NCBI RefSeq assembly: GCF_018977255.1
Contig: NW_024704742.1
Span: forward strand, 66,280,001-66,344,000
Source: Callorhinchus milii
Taxonomy: Eukaryota
Direction of reading: 5' to 3'
DNA length: 64,000 nucleotides
The translations under genes were made by a program, and so were the position numbers. The notes beneath the pieces are model-generated. The model searched no databases and was not told the DNA's origin. It saw only the letters and a program-made list of their open reading frames with translations. This document shows positions 1-13,765 of the stretch, piece by piece; position 1 is the stretch's first letter; each line of letters starts with the position of its first letter.

Positions 1-2228
1 TTGGTCCCCAATCCTTCTGAATCCAAACCCCAGCTCGGGTGCAAACCCTCAACTGTCTTGGAACATCCTCCTGACACGAAACTCGCTATATAAATGCAAT
101 TTGTTGTTATTATTGTTGTTGCCTGTACCCCTCACTTCTGATTCTGGTCATTTGATTGTTTCTCACTCTTTCCATCCCACTGTTTATGAGCAGATCTTCA
201 GCTTCTATGCCATGCTCTATGGAACTCTTCCCCCAAACCGTCTTATCTCGCTTCCCCTCTCCATGCCTCAAAATCCTTCTAAAAACATAATTTTTGTGAC
301 TTCTTTTGGTCAGCATTTCAAATTCATCCTTCTCCCTGCTTGTTGATGGATTACCTTTGAGACAGTCATCCTTTGTGTGGGACATTATTATGATTGTTGC
401 TCGTCAGGTTTGTGTCTGATCTCTACCAGATGCCCCCATCTCCTAATTCTGTGTCAATTCATGAAGTAGCTACATTTTTTGTATGCACACTGGCATTCTT
501 TAAAAGTATTGACCAAACAACAGGAAATGATCAGACTCCTATCACTGATGAGATAAGAATCTAGTTACACTGTGTAATTTTTTAAAATGGAGATAAAATA
601 ATTCTTGCATTTAATACAGCACCAATAATGTTGAAACGTCTCAAAATGCCCAATTTATTTGAAGGATTATTGGCCAGAACACTGGGAGAAACTCTATTCT
701 CTTTTCAAATACTGTCATGTGGTCTTTAAACACCTAAACATTGAACATACAAGGCAACCTTCTGACCCAGAGGCAAGTGTGCTACCAACAGAGATAAGCT
801 GACTTGCTTATGGTCACACAGGTTTTTGACACATACAGAAGCCCATCTGCATGCTTAATAGTATCGAAACCAGACCACACATGTTTGCTTCCTCCACACG
901 GAAATTTCCCTGAGTGTAGAATAGAATGCACACTCTCTTTCTGGAGGGACACATCCTACTCACTTAACTCTGTATGTTCAGTCATCTTCCTCTTCACCTC
1001 CCCCCGCCTCACCACCACAGTTCAGGAGTCCAGCCAGCTGTTTAAAGCATTTTGCGATGCCCTCCCAAAGTGAAAAACTTTATACAAATATTCACAGATT
1101 GGCTGCTGTGTTGTAATATAAAGTACAGTCACTGCACTTTACAATAAATCTTGTGAATCACTTTGAGACGATGATATGGAAAACATTATCAAATGCATTG
1201 ATTATTATTGTTGTAGCACAAATTTGGTGAGAGCCAAGGCTTGAGGTCCCCAGAGCATGTGTTTGAGTACTGCTGGAGTTTAACCAGCTAATCTAGTTTA
1301 TCATTGAGAGCACTGTTTGAGCTAAATTAACTCTAGAAGTTAGTATTTAAAGAGAACAGAGGAAAATCAGCTTTCAAATTAAGATTGAATTTGATAATTT
1401 TCCAGGTTGAATAAATTTTGCTATGCTGCTGAGGCCTAGCCAAATTCTTATCTGGTTAAACTCCAAGCCTTGGCTCTTGCCAACCTGTGCATAATCCTTC
1501 CCGGAATTAGGTAAGCAGGATGCATCCCTCAGGGAGAAAGCGCACATTCCATTCCAAACATTCTATCTCTGGGATTTCCATGTGTGGATGGGATGCATAG
1601 AAATCTCAGTTTGGTTTGGATGCTCTTAATCCTTACCGGCAAAAAGAATAAAATATCAATCCACCAACCAATCAATCAAAATGCAAAAAATATTTTTTTA
1701 AAAACTGAAGGGCAATAAAAGTCTATTTCTGGGTTACAAGCACAGCATCATTGCACATTTAGTCTGATGTTAAGCAGTGCACAAGTGTCTCGCAGCACCC
1801 CATCTCTGAAACCTCCTTCACCCATACCAATTCAGCCGTTCCCTTTACTCGGTCGACACTGGCCTAATCCGCATCTCCAGCTCTATCCACTCCACCGTTA
1901 GCAGGCGAGCTATCAGTTAATTTTTGCCAGGTCCCTTGAACTCCAATCCCTGGTCCCTCCGACTCTTTCAAAGCACATCTCAAAATATACTCCTTTAACC
2001 GCGCTTTTGGTCGTCTTTCCTGTCCTCATCCCACCCCTGCCCCCCTGCTTCCACCCTCAGCTCTGGTGCTCAACCATTATTTTGAGCATTTTGGGATGTC
2101 TTTCTGAAGTGAAAGGCACGATATAAATGTAACTTGTGTTGTTTTGACATGTTGGGAGTGGGTGGGAAGTAGGATGAGAACTTTAATCTGCTGCTTGTCC
2201 AAGTCCATGTATCTATGTTTATCCACAG

Positions 2229-2388
2229 GCTGAATTCAACTGAGTACGGAGAACTACGTGAGAAACTCCACATGCCAGTTCGAAATGCCCATAATGTGGT
2301 GATCCACCAGTCTCTGAGCGATATGTTTCTTGACACATTCAAAGTCCAGGTGGAACTGAACCAGCCTTATCCCCTCACTGGTAACCAG
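2229..2388 (+). CDS. TMEM129: TMEM129 E3 ubiquitin ligase, penultimate coding exon (earlier exons lie upstream of the window)
   Basis: ccacag|G acceptor and CAG|gtatat donor. Encodes (R)LNSTEYGELREKLHMPVRNAHNVVIHQSLSDMFLDTF..., matching TMEM129. The phase-0 end joins the next exon. Confidence 0.93.
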
Positions 2389-2478
2389 GTATATGTCACC
2401 TGATTGACAATGCAATACACTCCATATGTTTCTGTTTACCTAGTAGTAAGTAAGAACCCGGTTGTTAGTCAATAGTCA

Positions 2479-2783
2479 TGGAGTCCTGTAACTCAGTGGT
2501 TAGAGCACTCGCTTTGCAAGCAAGAGACCTGAGTTCAATTCCAGGCAGAGGGCGAAACCATGGGCAAGTTTCCTTACTCCACACTCCTAATAATAATCCC
2601 TCCAAAAAAAAATAATAAATTGTTCATTTTCAATTTACGACTGTTTGTGGGACACTGCTGTGCGCAATTGGCTGCCCACAAATATACAGTCAATTCACTT
2701 TACAGTATATTCTGTGAAACGCTTTGGGACGTCTAGAAGACATGAAAAGCGTTATATCAAATGCAAGGATTATTATTTATTAT
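2479..2783 (+). mobile_element. tRNA(Ala)-derived SINE nested in an older SINE (2418-2990)
   Basis: A box TAACTCAGTGG, TGC anticodon-like loop, B box GTTCAATTCC, L2-like tail, (att)n. Confidence 0.85.
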
Positions 2784-3135
2784 AGGGGGATCGCTTTCCA
2801 GGGGTAATAATCCCTCCCCCCCAAAAAAATTGGTCCACGACTATTTGTGGGACACTGGTGTGAGCAATTGGCTGCTGCGTTTCACCCATAAATACACAGG
2901 TAACACACTTTACAATAAGTTTGTGAAGCACTTTGAGATGTGTCAACGACGTGATAAGGCGCTATATCAAATGCAAGGATTATTATTATCAGGATAGATA
3001 CAGAGCGGACGGAGGTCAGGCGTTTCCAGAAGCCATCAAAAATAAGGGTGGCTAAATTTTGTGTGAAAGGATGTATTTATAGCATGAAATAGTACACAAT
3101 CTTCTCTAACTGAGATACATTTGCCTCTGGAACAG

Positions 3136-3384
3136 GAACTGGAGGCTTGCATTGGCTGCATGCAAACCGCTGCTAACATCAAGCTGGTCAAAGTCTGCCA
3201 GGAGCCGAACGGAGGTGAATGCCAGCAGTGTTACTGCCGCCCCATGTGGTGCCTGACCTGCCTGGGAAAGTGGTTTGCCAGCCGCCAGGACCAGCAACAC
3301 CCAGAAACTTGGCTTTCAAATCGTGTGCCCTGTCCCACCTGCCGGTCCAAGTTCTGCATTCTAGATATTTGTATTGTGCGCTGA
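3136..3384 (+). CDS. TMEM129: TMEM129 last coding exon (C4C4 RING), stop TGA
   Basis: aacag|GAA acceptor. ELEACIGCMQ...CQQCYCRPMWCLTCLGKWFASRQD...RVPCPTCRSKFCILDICIVR* is the characteristic TMEM129 RING C-terminus. Confidence 0.97.
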   Translation, partial: ELEACIGCMQTAANIKLVKVCQEPNGGECQQCYCRPMWCLTCLGKWFASRQDQQHPETWLSNRVPCPTCRSKFCILDICIVR

Positions 3385-6300
3385 ACGTCCGAGGGGTAAT
3401 AGTACTTTCTCTGTACAAAAGAATGTCTTCAATTGGTGAGACTATTTAACCGTTCCCTCATCTATCTTATGGACGACTCTGGTTGATTGGTTTCTGATTC
3501 TGGTGATTAGGCTGATTTTGCACCACCTCAAATATCCCTCATTTTCCTTTTCTTTCTCTTTAATTGCTGCCTTTTGACATTTGTGGCATTCTTCACCAAG
3601 GTTTCTTCTGAAAGGAGAAATTAGCAAGTGGAATTCTTCAAAACAAGTGCTATGACTATTCTCCCCACTTCCCCCCACCTCTTGCAAAATGGGAGTCCTG
3701 TGTTACCAAAAGCTAACCATTAGGTGGACTCAAGGGCTCAATCCTCCAGACTGCTGCAGCACTTGCATTACTAAACCACCAAATTCAAATTGAATGGCAC
3801 CCAAGTGGATTTGTATCGAGTCAGATTTATGCCAGGAATTCTGAATCCCATATAGTTCCTTTATGTAATAAGTCATTGGTATCTTTTGCAATTCTCCACC
3901 ATTTCCAACTGCATTCAGCAAATGCACAAAGTGTTTAATATTTTATAACAGGCTATTGTTAGGATTTCTACTTGATCAGTACTACAAAGAACTAGACCAT
4001 TTTTACTTTAATTTGCGCAATCCAAATTGAATATTTATGCTATTTTGATTGCTTTTTATTAACCCAGGCAACTTTCCTGAGGTGAAGCAGGGGAATTTCT
4101 GAGCATTATCTGTGTTTCCAGCTTTGTTTTTCATTTGAGCAAATCCGCTGCTTTTACAAGTTGCATCTAACTCATCTGAGACTTATAAGCATACACTTGA
4201 CATTGAGAGTTTGCACTTTTCTCACAGCCGCACTTTCTCCACAAACAGGAGAGCAATTGCATTGCCAGCACGTTTCTAATCTTCTGTGATTATTTTGTCT
4301 TCAGCAATGAAGTTTCTGCATTGTGCCCTGCGCAATTCCCCCCCTCCCCCCCAAAGATTTAATAAAGATCTTCCAGAGTTAACTATTCCATAGGTCGAAA
4401 TTGGTGTGAAGCATATTCTTATGAAATGGTGCCATTCTGAGAAAAGGTATTGTGTTGCCCTCTTAAAAACCAAGCTATTCAGCAGGATTTTACAACTAAT
4501 CACTTTACAGTCAGCAACAGAATTGCTGCTGAGCTGTCAATCGAACTCAAAGGGAGTGATTTGGGGCACATAGCTGCATTGCAGAATAAATCTAGGCTGC
4601 AGGTGTCTGGTTAGAGGACAGTGTCACTGTTCCCTTTATTTTCAAATTGCGCGCCATCAGAGCACATAACCTTGCCTCTCATAGAAAGTCGTGAGTTCCT
4701 GAGACTTCTATTTCTAACTCCATTCTGAATTTCTCATCTGTTGACATTCTTGGCCTCATCATCACGGTACACCTGCATTGCTAAAGTTACCTCCAAGAAT
4801 CCCAGTTTCCCATTCATGTCAAACACATCTTTTTCCTGTCAACAACTATTAACAGTCAGAAAATCTCCAAATTGACAATTTCCCCCATATTTAGAAATAT
4901 GGGGATCTCGTTGCTCACATTACTACAAGAAATAGCCTGTGGGCAAAGGCTTAGGGACCCCAGAGTGTATGATGAGTGTTTGAGTTTAACCAACTTCAAC
5001 TGCATAAGTTTCTATTGTGAGCACTGCCTGGCAAGCTTTCCACTGCTTGTCTGCCCTACCCAATAGGATTTTGGCTGGTGGGATTAACAGGAGCCGAGTG
5101 GGAAAAATCTCTGCCCAAGTGACTCATCTGTCCCTACAAATCCTGTCAATGAACCAGGGTGGCTGTTTTTTGATCAGCAGTACTGCTGAGCCACCTGTTA
5201 CAAGTGACCANTTTTTTGTTAATGAAATCTGACTAATGTTCCCTTTTTTTTTATTTCTGTAAGAAACTGAGATGCAGTTTTTTAATCTGATGTGTTGAAT
5301 CAGTAAAATACAGCACAGATGTTTTTCGTACACTTCATTTCCTATAACATTGTATGTTCTGCACAAACAAGTTGGAGGTGATGAGATTTGCTGTCATGGG
5401 TGCAAGCCAGATTATAACAAGTTTACATTATCAAGTACACGAGGGGTCCAATGGTCTTAAATCTTAAAAGCAAACCGGAGTAAACCAGTACCAATGTGAT
5501 ATCTTTCAACAGAGAACTTTCAAAATAAGTTAAAAAAAAAGCAACAAAAGAGAATAGGAAACACAAGAGCAAATTATTTTCAGTATAAGTGATAGGCATA
5601 TGGAGCAGAGTGCAGGTGCAGATGGTAGACCAAGATACATTGATGAGTTTGGATATATTCACGTTCACACATTTAGAGATATTAGATTAAGAAATAGATA
5701 TATCAACAGGACCTTTCGAGAAAATAGATGAGACTAGATGGACTGATGTCTGAAACTGTTACTCAATACTAACTTAGAAGCCAGTTTGTGATGTGTAGGT
5801 GATTAAAAAAATATTACAGAAAATTGCTGTCTGACCGTTTTGGAGTTTTTAAAATGCATTTGGTTAAAAGTTTGCATACGGAAAAGAGTCTAGTTTGCAT
5901 GAAATGGCGATTTGATGATGTGCCCCTTCTCTGTCTGTCCTACAGTGAAAGATGTGCCACAGTATGGTTTCTAAGATCCCACAAATCTGTGCAATGCTTA
6001 TTTGCATAAGATTCCCAACAAAGCTTTTCATTATTTCTACCATCCTGTTGGTATCACCGATCGTGCCTCTGTGAATTGTTTAAAAATACTGTATTTTGAA
6101 AAAATGAACACTCATCAAATTTATAATTCTATGTGCCCTGTGACCAATTAATCTGGGAGATTGCTGGCTTGAGCACTTGGAGAAACTCGCTCTTTTTTCC
6201 GAATAGCGTAGTAGAAAATAGTTTTAAATAATAAATAGTTGCTAAAACGTGGCGCTAACATGGGATTTTTATTAAAAACTTGCAGGAAGCAATCCTGGCC

Positions 6301-8744
6301 AAAACCTCCATGTAAACTTTAATGTGTCTCTTTTGTAACAGTTCATTGTGGTATTTGCTGTTGTGTCCTTGTATAATAACAGGACGGGATTTAATCCATT
6401 TTTACGATTCTGATCACCTTATTCCAATAAGGAATTATTTGGCATTGGTGAGGTCACAGGAAGGGACAACTAAATAACTATTTAATTGCCTCTTAAATTT
6501 GCTGACTCCATTCTACTCATTCATCAATCTCTTGAAAATAAATGAACTCTGAACTTCCCTCTTCTGAGTTTGCGTCCTTGTCCTCTTTTGCTTCACACTT
6601 CAGCCTATTTTGAAGTTGAAATTAAACCAAGGTCCTGTTTGCCTGCTCAAGTGGATAAGTGGCAATTTATTTTCTACTACAGTATTCAAAAGGAAAAGGG
6701 AGTTTCTCCCAAGTGCTCAAGCCAGCAATCTCCTAGATTAATTGGTCACGTGGAATGTAGAGCTAAATCTACTTAACTATGGAGAAACTATTCTGCTTTC
6801 CTTTCTGAGTTTCAGTTTATTTTGCAACGTAAATTAAGATCAGTGTCATCAGTTGGTATATTCTGGCTCCTGGCCCCATGTCCTTGCTGAGTCAGCAATA
6901 TGAGTGCACAAAACGCTTGATTTGAAATCTACAGCAAAAACCTTAACTGTAACATAGATATTGACAGGTGTGTAAGCCTTTCTTCAGCATTTACCCATGA
7001 GTAAAAGTTGACAACTCTGCAGGAATTGCAGCTTAAAAGATTAGTGTGTCCTTGAATACGAATGAAAGATTGCACCACAAGCATCGCTGAAAGATTTATT
7101 TTGTAACTGTGTGTTTCAATAAATATATTTTTATCATGATAAACATAACTCGCAGTTTATTTGTAACTACAACTCATGTACAGGACAAAAACAGCATACA
7201 AAGGTTACATAAGAACATACGAATTTGCAAGACAAGGAAAAATCAATTTCTTTGCCAAATAAATACATATACAGAATCCTATAGTATAGTGGTTAGAGAC
7301 CTCGCCTCACAAACAAGAGGATCCACGTTCGATTCCCAGATGGGGTGAAACCTTAGGCAAGTTTCCTTACTCCATATGCTTCTGTTTACCTAGCAGTAAG
7401 TAGGAACCCAGTTGTTGAGTGACCAAATTCTAACATTTTTTTTTAGGGCTTATTACACCCAGAAAAGTGAACTGCCAATCAACTAACAACTGTGTTCCTA
7501 TTTACTGCTAGGTAAACAGCGGCGTGTGGAGTAGGTAATTTACATAACATTTCGCCCTGCCCGGGAATCAAACCCAGGTCCTCTCGCTTGTGAAGTGAGT
7601 ACCCTAACCACTAAGACACAGATCTCCAAATTAAATGATCTCATGTGGTATAAAATCTGGCTTTATAGCAATGATAATTGTGCTTGTCTGCGTCTGCTTG
7701 TACTGATGAGTGTAGGATAGCATTTCACAAGCTACCTGTACTCTACAACAATGTGGTCTGCACCCTGCCAGATCTACCTCTTAGTGGTAGTAAATATTAC
7801 AGGGACAAGCTATGAAGATTAACCAATTAAGATAAGAGATCTTCAGCCTCAAAAGGAGACATGTCTTGGAGGAGAATGTTTGGAGGTATAAATGATGCTT
7901 TACAGGATGAAGTAACTGCAGAATTCCCAGATGTGCCAAGCTAATGGGACAAGCGGTCACTGGTTCAGCATTGTAAAGGAAGTGTATGGCAGAAATCAGG
8001 AAGTATTTCTTTGCCGAATTTAACTAACAGCTGGAACAGATAACAGGGAAGGATGGCTGAGGCCAGGATGCTGGATGTGTTTGTGAAACAGATTTGTGCT
8101 ATAATGGAAAGACTAGGATATTCTGGAAAGATGATACCAAATGAACCAAAATGCCTTCCACATTCAAACTTCTTTCATAATCTTGTGAAATACAGTAAAC
8201 TCCTAATTTCTCAGCACTCCCAAGGGAAAAGGGCTCAGTGATCAGTTATCCAGAGTGACAAGTTAGGGATATAAATTACATAAATAAATGCACCCAGAAT
8301 ATTGACAGAGTGATGACTTAAATGGTAGTGACAAGTTAAGCCACGGTTGAGTAATCAGGAGTTTACTGTAGATCATAGCTGCGTGTTCCCTGCCCTCTCC
8401 ACACCATCATTGGTAGCCAAGCTTTCAGATACTATGTTGTTGAACTCTGGAACTCCCTCCCTCTTTCCCTTTCAACCTTTCTCTTCTCTGTCATTTTATC
8501 TCTTCTATCTGTCTTTAAGTCCCATCTTAAAAAACTACCTCTGTGACTTCACCTACAGTTACCACCCCCCCACTCCAACATTCCCCCTCCCTTCTTTCTT
8601 GCTCAGTGCCAGGCTCTGCCTTTGTGATGTACTCTGAGATGTTATCCTCTGTTATGATTCTGTGGACTGTAAAACTACAGTCCTTTAACACAAAAGTCTT
8701 TAGGTAGACATCAGTACGTAGAAGAACTAACTGTTTTGTTACCA

Positions 8745-9380
8745 ACAACAACAAGATTACACTGTCCAGCGCCTTGGGACATCTATATAGAGCCTTTCAT
8801 GTCCGGAGGACGTCTCAAGGCACTGGACAGAGTACAGCATTTCAGATCCGAGCTGGGGTCGGGGGGGGGGGAGAAGGGAGGGAAAGGGGAGTGGCCGATG
8901 GCATGGTCAAAGAGGAAGGTCTTGAGGTGGGACTTGAAGGAGGCTAAGGAGGGGGCGAGGCGGAGTGATTGGGGGATGGAATTCCAGAGGTTGGGGGCAG
9001 AGTGGCTGAAGGCTCTCCCGCTAATGGTGGGGCGGGTGGGTCGGGGGATGTGGAGCAGGTCAGAGCCGGCTGAGTGGAGGGAACAGGCAGTTTGGTAGGG
9101 GGTTAGGAGGTCGCAGAAGTAGGGTGAGGCGAGGCCATGGAGGGCTTTGCAGATGAGGACCAGGTTCTTGAACTGGATCCTCTGAAGGATAGGGAGCCAA
9201 TGGAGTCGGGCGAGAGTGGGGGTAATGGGGTCACGGAGTTTGGTGCGGGAAAGGACACGGGCTGCAGAGTTCTGGATTATCTGCAGCCTGTGGAGGGAGG
9301 AGTTGGGAAGGCCGACAAGCAGGGCATTTGCGTAGTCGAGCCTGGAGGTGATGAAGGCATGAACAAGCAGGGGTATCGTG
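8745..9380 (-). mobile_element. L2-clade LINE, 5'-truncated 3' end
   Basis: ORF2 C-terminus LLVHAFITSRLDYANALLVGLP...LQIIQNSAARVL...ITPTLARLHWLPI...RIQFK, followed by the 3' UTR and a (TTG)n tail. Confidence 0.9.
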
Positions 9381-9706
9381 CTGGAGTGGTCTGGAGTATC
9401 GCTCTGGCACCTGAAATCCAGAACAGAGCTGTGCTCCAGCACTTCAGAAATAAAAATCTGTGTTGATGAATGAGATGCGTTTTTCATCATGATTCTGCTA
9501 TGGTTATCATCATGACTGATATGCAGAAGACATCACTTATCTCTCTGAGGAGTCAGCTATTGTGACAATATGTGAACCATGCATAATGCATCTGAAGAGA
9601 AACAAAGAGATAGATGGATGGTTGAATGAGAATGTGGAATTAGATGATGGACAGGCAGATGTGGGACAGGTTGTAGGGGTGGGGGGGAAGAGAAAAGTGG
9701 AAATCA

Positions 9707-10411
9707 AAGAAGATGCCACAAAATGCAAACCAATCATTGTTCCCAAGTCAGAGGGAGCCCAAAAAGCAGTCAATAATTATTGAGTGAAATTCCATTTTTT
9801 AACTACAGTTACATTTTTGCAGGAAAAGGTTATTCATCCCCTCCCTTGCCTCCTTCAAGGCCCATCTCAAGATTCTCCTCTTAGATCGTGCCTTTGATCA
9901 CCCTCCTACCCCTACCCTGCCCAGCCTCCTGATGCCAACCACCAGCTCGAGTGCGGATCCCTGACTGTCCAGCGCCTTGGGACATCCTGCTGATGTAAAA
10001 GTGCTGTAAAAATGTAATTTGTTATTGTTGTTCTACAGGACTCCAGCACTATAAAATTTAGCATTACGTCACTGCCAATAAGTACAAATATTGTGCTATT
10101 TTCACAGAACTCTGTGGCAAATGGCTGGCAGCATTACTTTAAACAGAATCAGCTACAGAGGCAATAGCTATTTGATGTAAGAAATGAAACTGTCTATCCC
10201 TGCTGCAGAGCAAAAATGTTCATTTCTCCACCCCACACCCCACTCAACATGAAATAAAATAAAAAGCAAAGTACCGAAAACTCCCATATAAATGTGTTAA
10301 AGATTTTGCTTTGCAAAATGTAACTGTTAAAAAAAATGGAATTTCACTCAATAATTAGTGATTGTTTTTTTGAGCTCCTTCTGACTTGTTTGCATTTTGT
10401 GGCATCTTCTT
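9707..10411. repeat. Inverted repeat pair (arms 9707-9821 and 10312-10411)
   Basis: aagaagatgccacaaaatgcaaac...ataattattgagtgaaattccattttttaac...acagttacattttt is matched in reverse complement by the right arm. Confidence 0.85.
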
Positions 10412-11457
10412 AGCTTCCTGCTTAGTGGGTCCAATTCTTATTCCTGACTCAAAAGTTTACCGAACATTGAAAGTTCCATACCAAAGTACCATCTCCCCCC
10501 CCCACACCCCATCCACCAGGCTGTGAGTTAAATTGAGCTGCAACTCGACAGGCTAGGCTTGCTTCCTATCAGTGACATACTTGAGTCCAGCGGCCAAAGT
10601 CCATTTGAATCGAGGGGACCTGAATAAGCTAACATTCATATACATACACACTTACACATATGCGTAACCCACATCCACACACATCCACTTTTTAGCAAGG
10701 CTTACTGGCTAATTTTTGTTTTCGCCACCTGGGTCTGACACACGCTGAAACCCATCACCATGCTTAAGAGTATCCAAACCAAGCTGAGAATTCTAAACAT
10801 CCCACTTACACATGGAAATCCCAGAGATAGATTGTGGGAATGAAATGTGCACTCTCTTCCTGGAGGGACACATCCTCTTACCTAATTCCAGAAAGTATTA
10901 GGCACAGGTTGGCAAGAGCCAAGGCTTGGGGACCCCAGAGTGTGCATTGGTGTACTGTTGGGCTAAGTGGGAGCTATTTTTGTGCCATAAAGGAAGAAGA
11001 CTGATTGGATTGAATCAGCCGCTCAACCTGTTGTGAGCTTTTTTATTGTAGCGCAGAATACAATTGTTTCTCTCTGCCTCACTTGTTTACAAATTCTGTG
11101 CAGTTCTGTGTGCATACAACACACATTCCTTTCTTATCTCTTAGAACAACCTGACATCGCTGTTGTATGTATCTAAGCTTTGTTACTTAATATAATCAGG
11201 CAGATAACTTGTGCTTACCCTCTCCGCTTCTGAGAACCCACTTTGACTTGCTACGTGAACCACTTTCCTCCACCCCCTCCACTCTCTACTTTGTGGGTTC
11301 TGTGTAGGAGGCGTATGAAACGCCCGCAGCAGCCAATGTCAGACAGGATGATGATGTGGACACTGCTGTACGGATGATGTACGGTGTAGCTACACTCTAC
11401 TCCTGAAGTAGTAGCTGCTAGTTTTACTTTGTGGAAAAAGGTCTCAGTCTGCCAGCC

Positions 11458-11545
11458 ATGGAGAGGAGGAGATGTGTCCGTCGTTTCCCAAGACTCGTTC
11501 TCGTCTTTCAGCTGATATTTCTTCTGACCCGATTACTTCACACTG
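11458..11545 (+). CDS. CD28H/TMIGD2-like IgV receptor, exon 1 (signal peptide)
   Basis: Strong Kozak context GCCAGCCATGG. MERRRCVRRFPRLVLVFQLIFLLTRLLHT has a basic n-region and a hydrophobic h-region. Phase-1 donor G|gtaag is in frame with the IgV exon. Confidence 0.8.
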
Positions 11546-12544
11546 GTAAGATACAAACTCTTCCAATAAGGGCTTTTTTTTAATATATAAAAAAAATTGA
11601 AAAATCTTGCTGACTCGCTGCACTTAATAATTTGATCGGTCAATCCACGACTACTTGTGGACACTGCTGGGTCCACAAATAGTCGTGTCTGCTGCATTTC
11701 ACCCACAAAATATACAGTCGATTCGCTTTACAGTATATTCTTTGAAGTGCTTTGAGAAATCTCGAAGATGTGATAAGGCACGATATCAAATGCAAGAATT
11801 ATTATTATTAATACTTTATATGTCCCTTTGTCTTTTCTTTGTTTGAAACCATTTCAAATAATAAGAGCTAAAATACTTAATATCATAATCCTTGTATATG
11901 ATGTAACATCTTTCTTGTCAAGAGAATGTCTGAAACTGCTTCACAGGATTTACTGTAAAACCCCCAATCTTCTGACCCAGAGGCAAGAATGCTATTAACT
12001 GCGCCTGGCTGACACAATATATATTTTGCCTCAATATTAAAATTACAAATGACATTTAAACAGGGAACAAAGTGATCATATTGACCCGAGAAGGACTGAA
12101 ACTACCTTCACAAATTATTTAGCATTAAGAATTTAGAATTAATTCACAGTTTTTTGGGGAGGATAAAGCAAAGGGCTTGCATAGTACTTTTAACATATTT
12201 AAATTCATTGTATGAATTTAGCATATTATGTGGGTTGAAGATAAATTAATCTCCAATGTTAACATTCATAGTTACAGTTCTGGTCATCGCGTCATAAGGG
12301 GGCTTGAGACAGTGCAGGGGAAAGTGATACAGATGATCTCCAGTGTTAGAGGAATGAGCTACGAGCAATGATCAGACAAGCTACGGTTCTTCAGTCTTGA
12401 GAGAAAGAATCTTATATAGTGGTGTATAAAGTTTTAAATGATTGAAAAAGTAAACCTAGAACAATACTTTGCGATGCAACAAAACAGGAGAAAAAGAGGG
12501 TGTAAGGCCTTTTGCATCTGAATTAACCTGTGATTTAATTTAAT

Positions 12545-13100
12545 TTCTCGGCTGGACTACTCTAACGCCCTCCTCGCCAGTCTGCCATCCACTACCATCC
12601 ATAAAATTCAAATAATTCAAAACTCTGCCACCTGCATTCTCAGCCGCACAAAACTCCACTCCCCGATCACCCCAGTCCTTGCCAGACTGCACTGGCTGCC
12701 TATTCCAGAGAGGATCAATTTCAAGATCCTCACCCTTGTATTCAAGTCCCTGCACTCCTCTGCACCCCCCTACCTCTCTGACCTCCTTTCTCCCCAAAAC
12801 AGAACCAGTTGCCTTCGTTCCTCCGGTTCTGGCCTCCTCCTCATCCCCCGAGTCCTCCGCTCCACCCTCGGTGGCCATGCCTTCAGTCACTATGCCCCAA
12901 GGCTCTGGAACTGCCTTCCTCACTCCCTTTATCTCGTTCTCTCCCTTCCCATTTTCAGGTCTCTGCTGAAGACCTTTCTTTTCGACTGCGACTTTGGTCA
13001 CTTTCCTCCCCCTCTCCCTGGCTCGGTCCCGGGATCCGTTACTGTAAAACACTCTGAGACGTGAAGGGCGCTATATAAATCCAAGTTGTTGTTGCTGTTG
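12545..13100 (+). mobile_element. L2-clade LINE 3' fragment
   Basis: SRLDYSNALL...LHWLPIPERINFK-like coding remnant. Ends in gtgaagggcgctatataaat and a (gtt)n tail. Confidence 0.85.
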
Positions 13101-13765
13101 ATCTCTTGTAAGTATGATAATAGTTTGGTACAGCGCCTTTCATGTCAGGAGGATATCTCAAAGTGTTTGACAGGATATATTGTAAGGAATATAGTGTAAA
13201 GATATACTATGTAGAGAACATATAAAGAGTATACAGTATATTATAACGTAATACCATAAAAAATGAAGAACAGTGGGAATTAAAATCACTGATGTATTCC
13301 ATTGTGATGGGCACCTCTATGTATTGAATCCTCCATTCTGTTTATTTTTTTCAGGAGCGGGTTGGGAATGATAGCTGAAAGTTTGGGATAAAGCTACATT
13401 CATAGCTCATGCCCCATTTGCTTCAGATAAAAACATAGAATGTTACTGCACAGAAGCAGGCCAAAAAACTTATTTTATCAAATGATTTCAGGAACACCTA
13501 ATCGCAGGATCACAAAATAAGTTTGGATGAAGGAGGCCCTTTGTCTGATCTGATCCTTTCAGAACACCGGCCCTTCCTTCCTCCCATCACAGCATCAAGC
13601 TGCTAGTGTCTTGGCTCAACTATCCTTCCTAGTAACCTCCTCCAATCGATTACTCTTTGGTTCCCCATCTTTGGTGGAGTCCTGCAACGTAGTGGTTAGT
13701 TAGTGCATTCACCTCTCAAGCATGAGGACCCGGGTTCATTTCCAGAGCGGGATGAAACCTTAGGC

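Noticed and set aside
2761..2997. Recurrent short ORFs such as MQGLL..., MESCSSVVRALA... and ...YIKCKDYYY across the window
   Set aside because: They are translations of the same SINE in different frames, not a gene family or a CRISPR-like array.
8783..9490. 235-aa minus-strand ORF
   Set aside because: It is the C-terminus of L2 ORF2 read in from flanking sequence, not a host gene.
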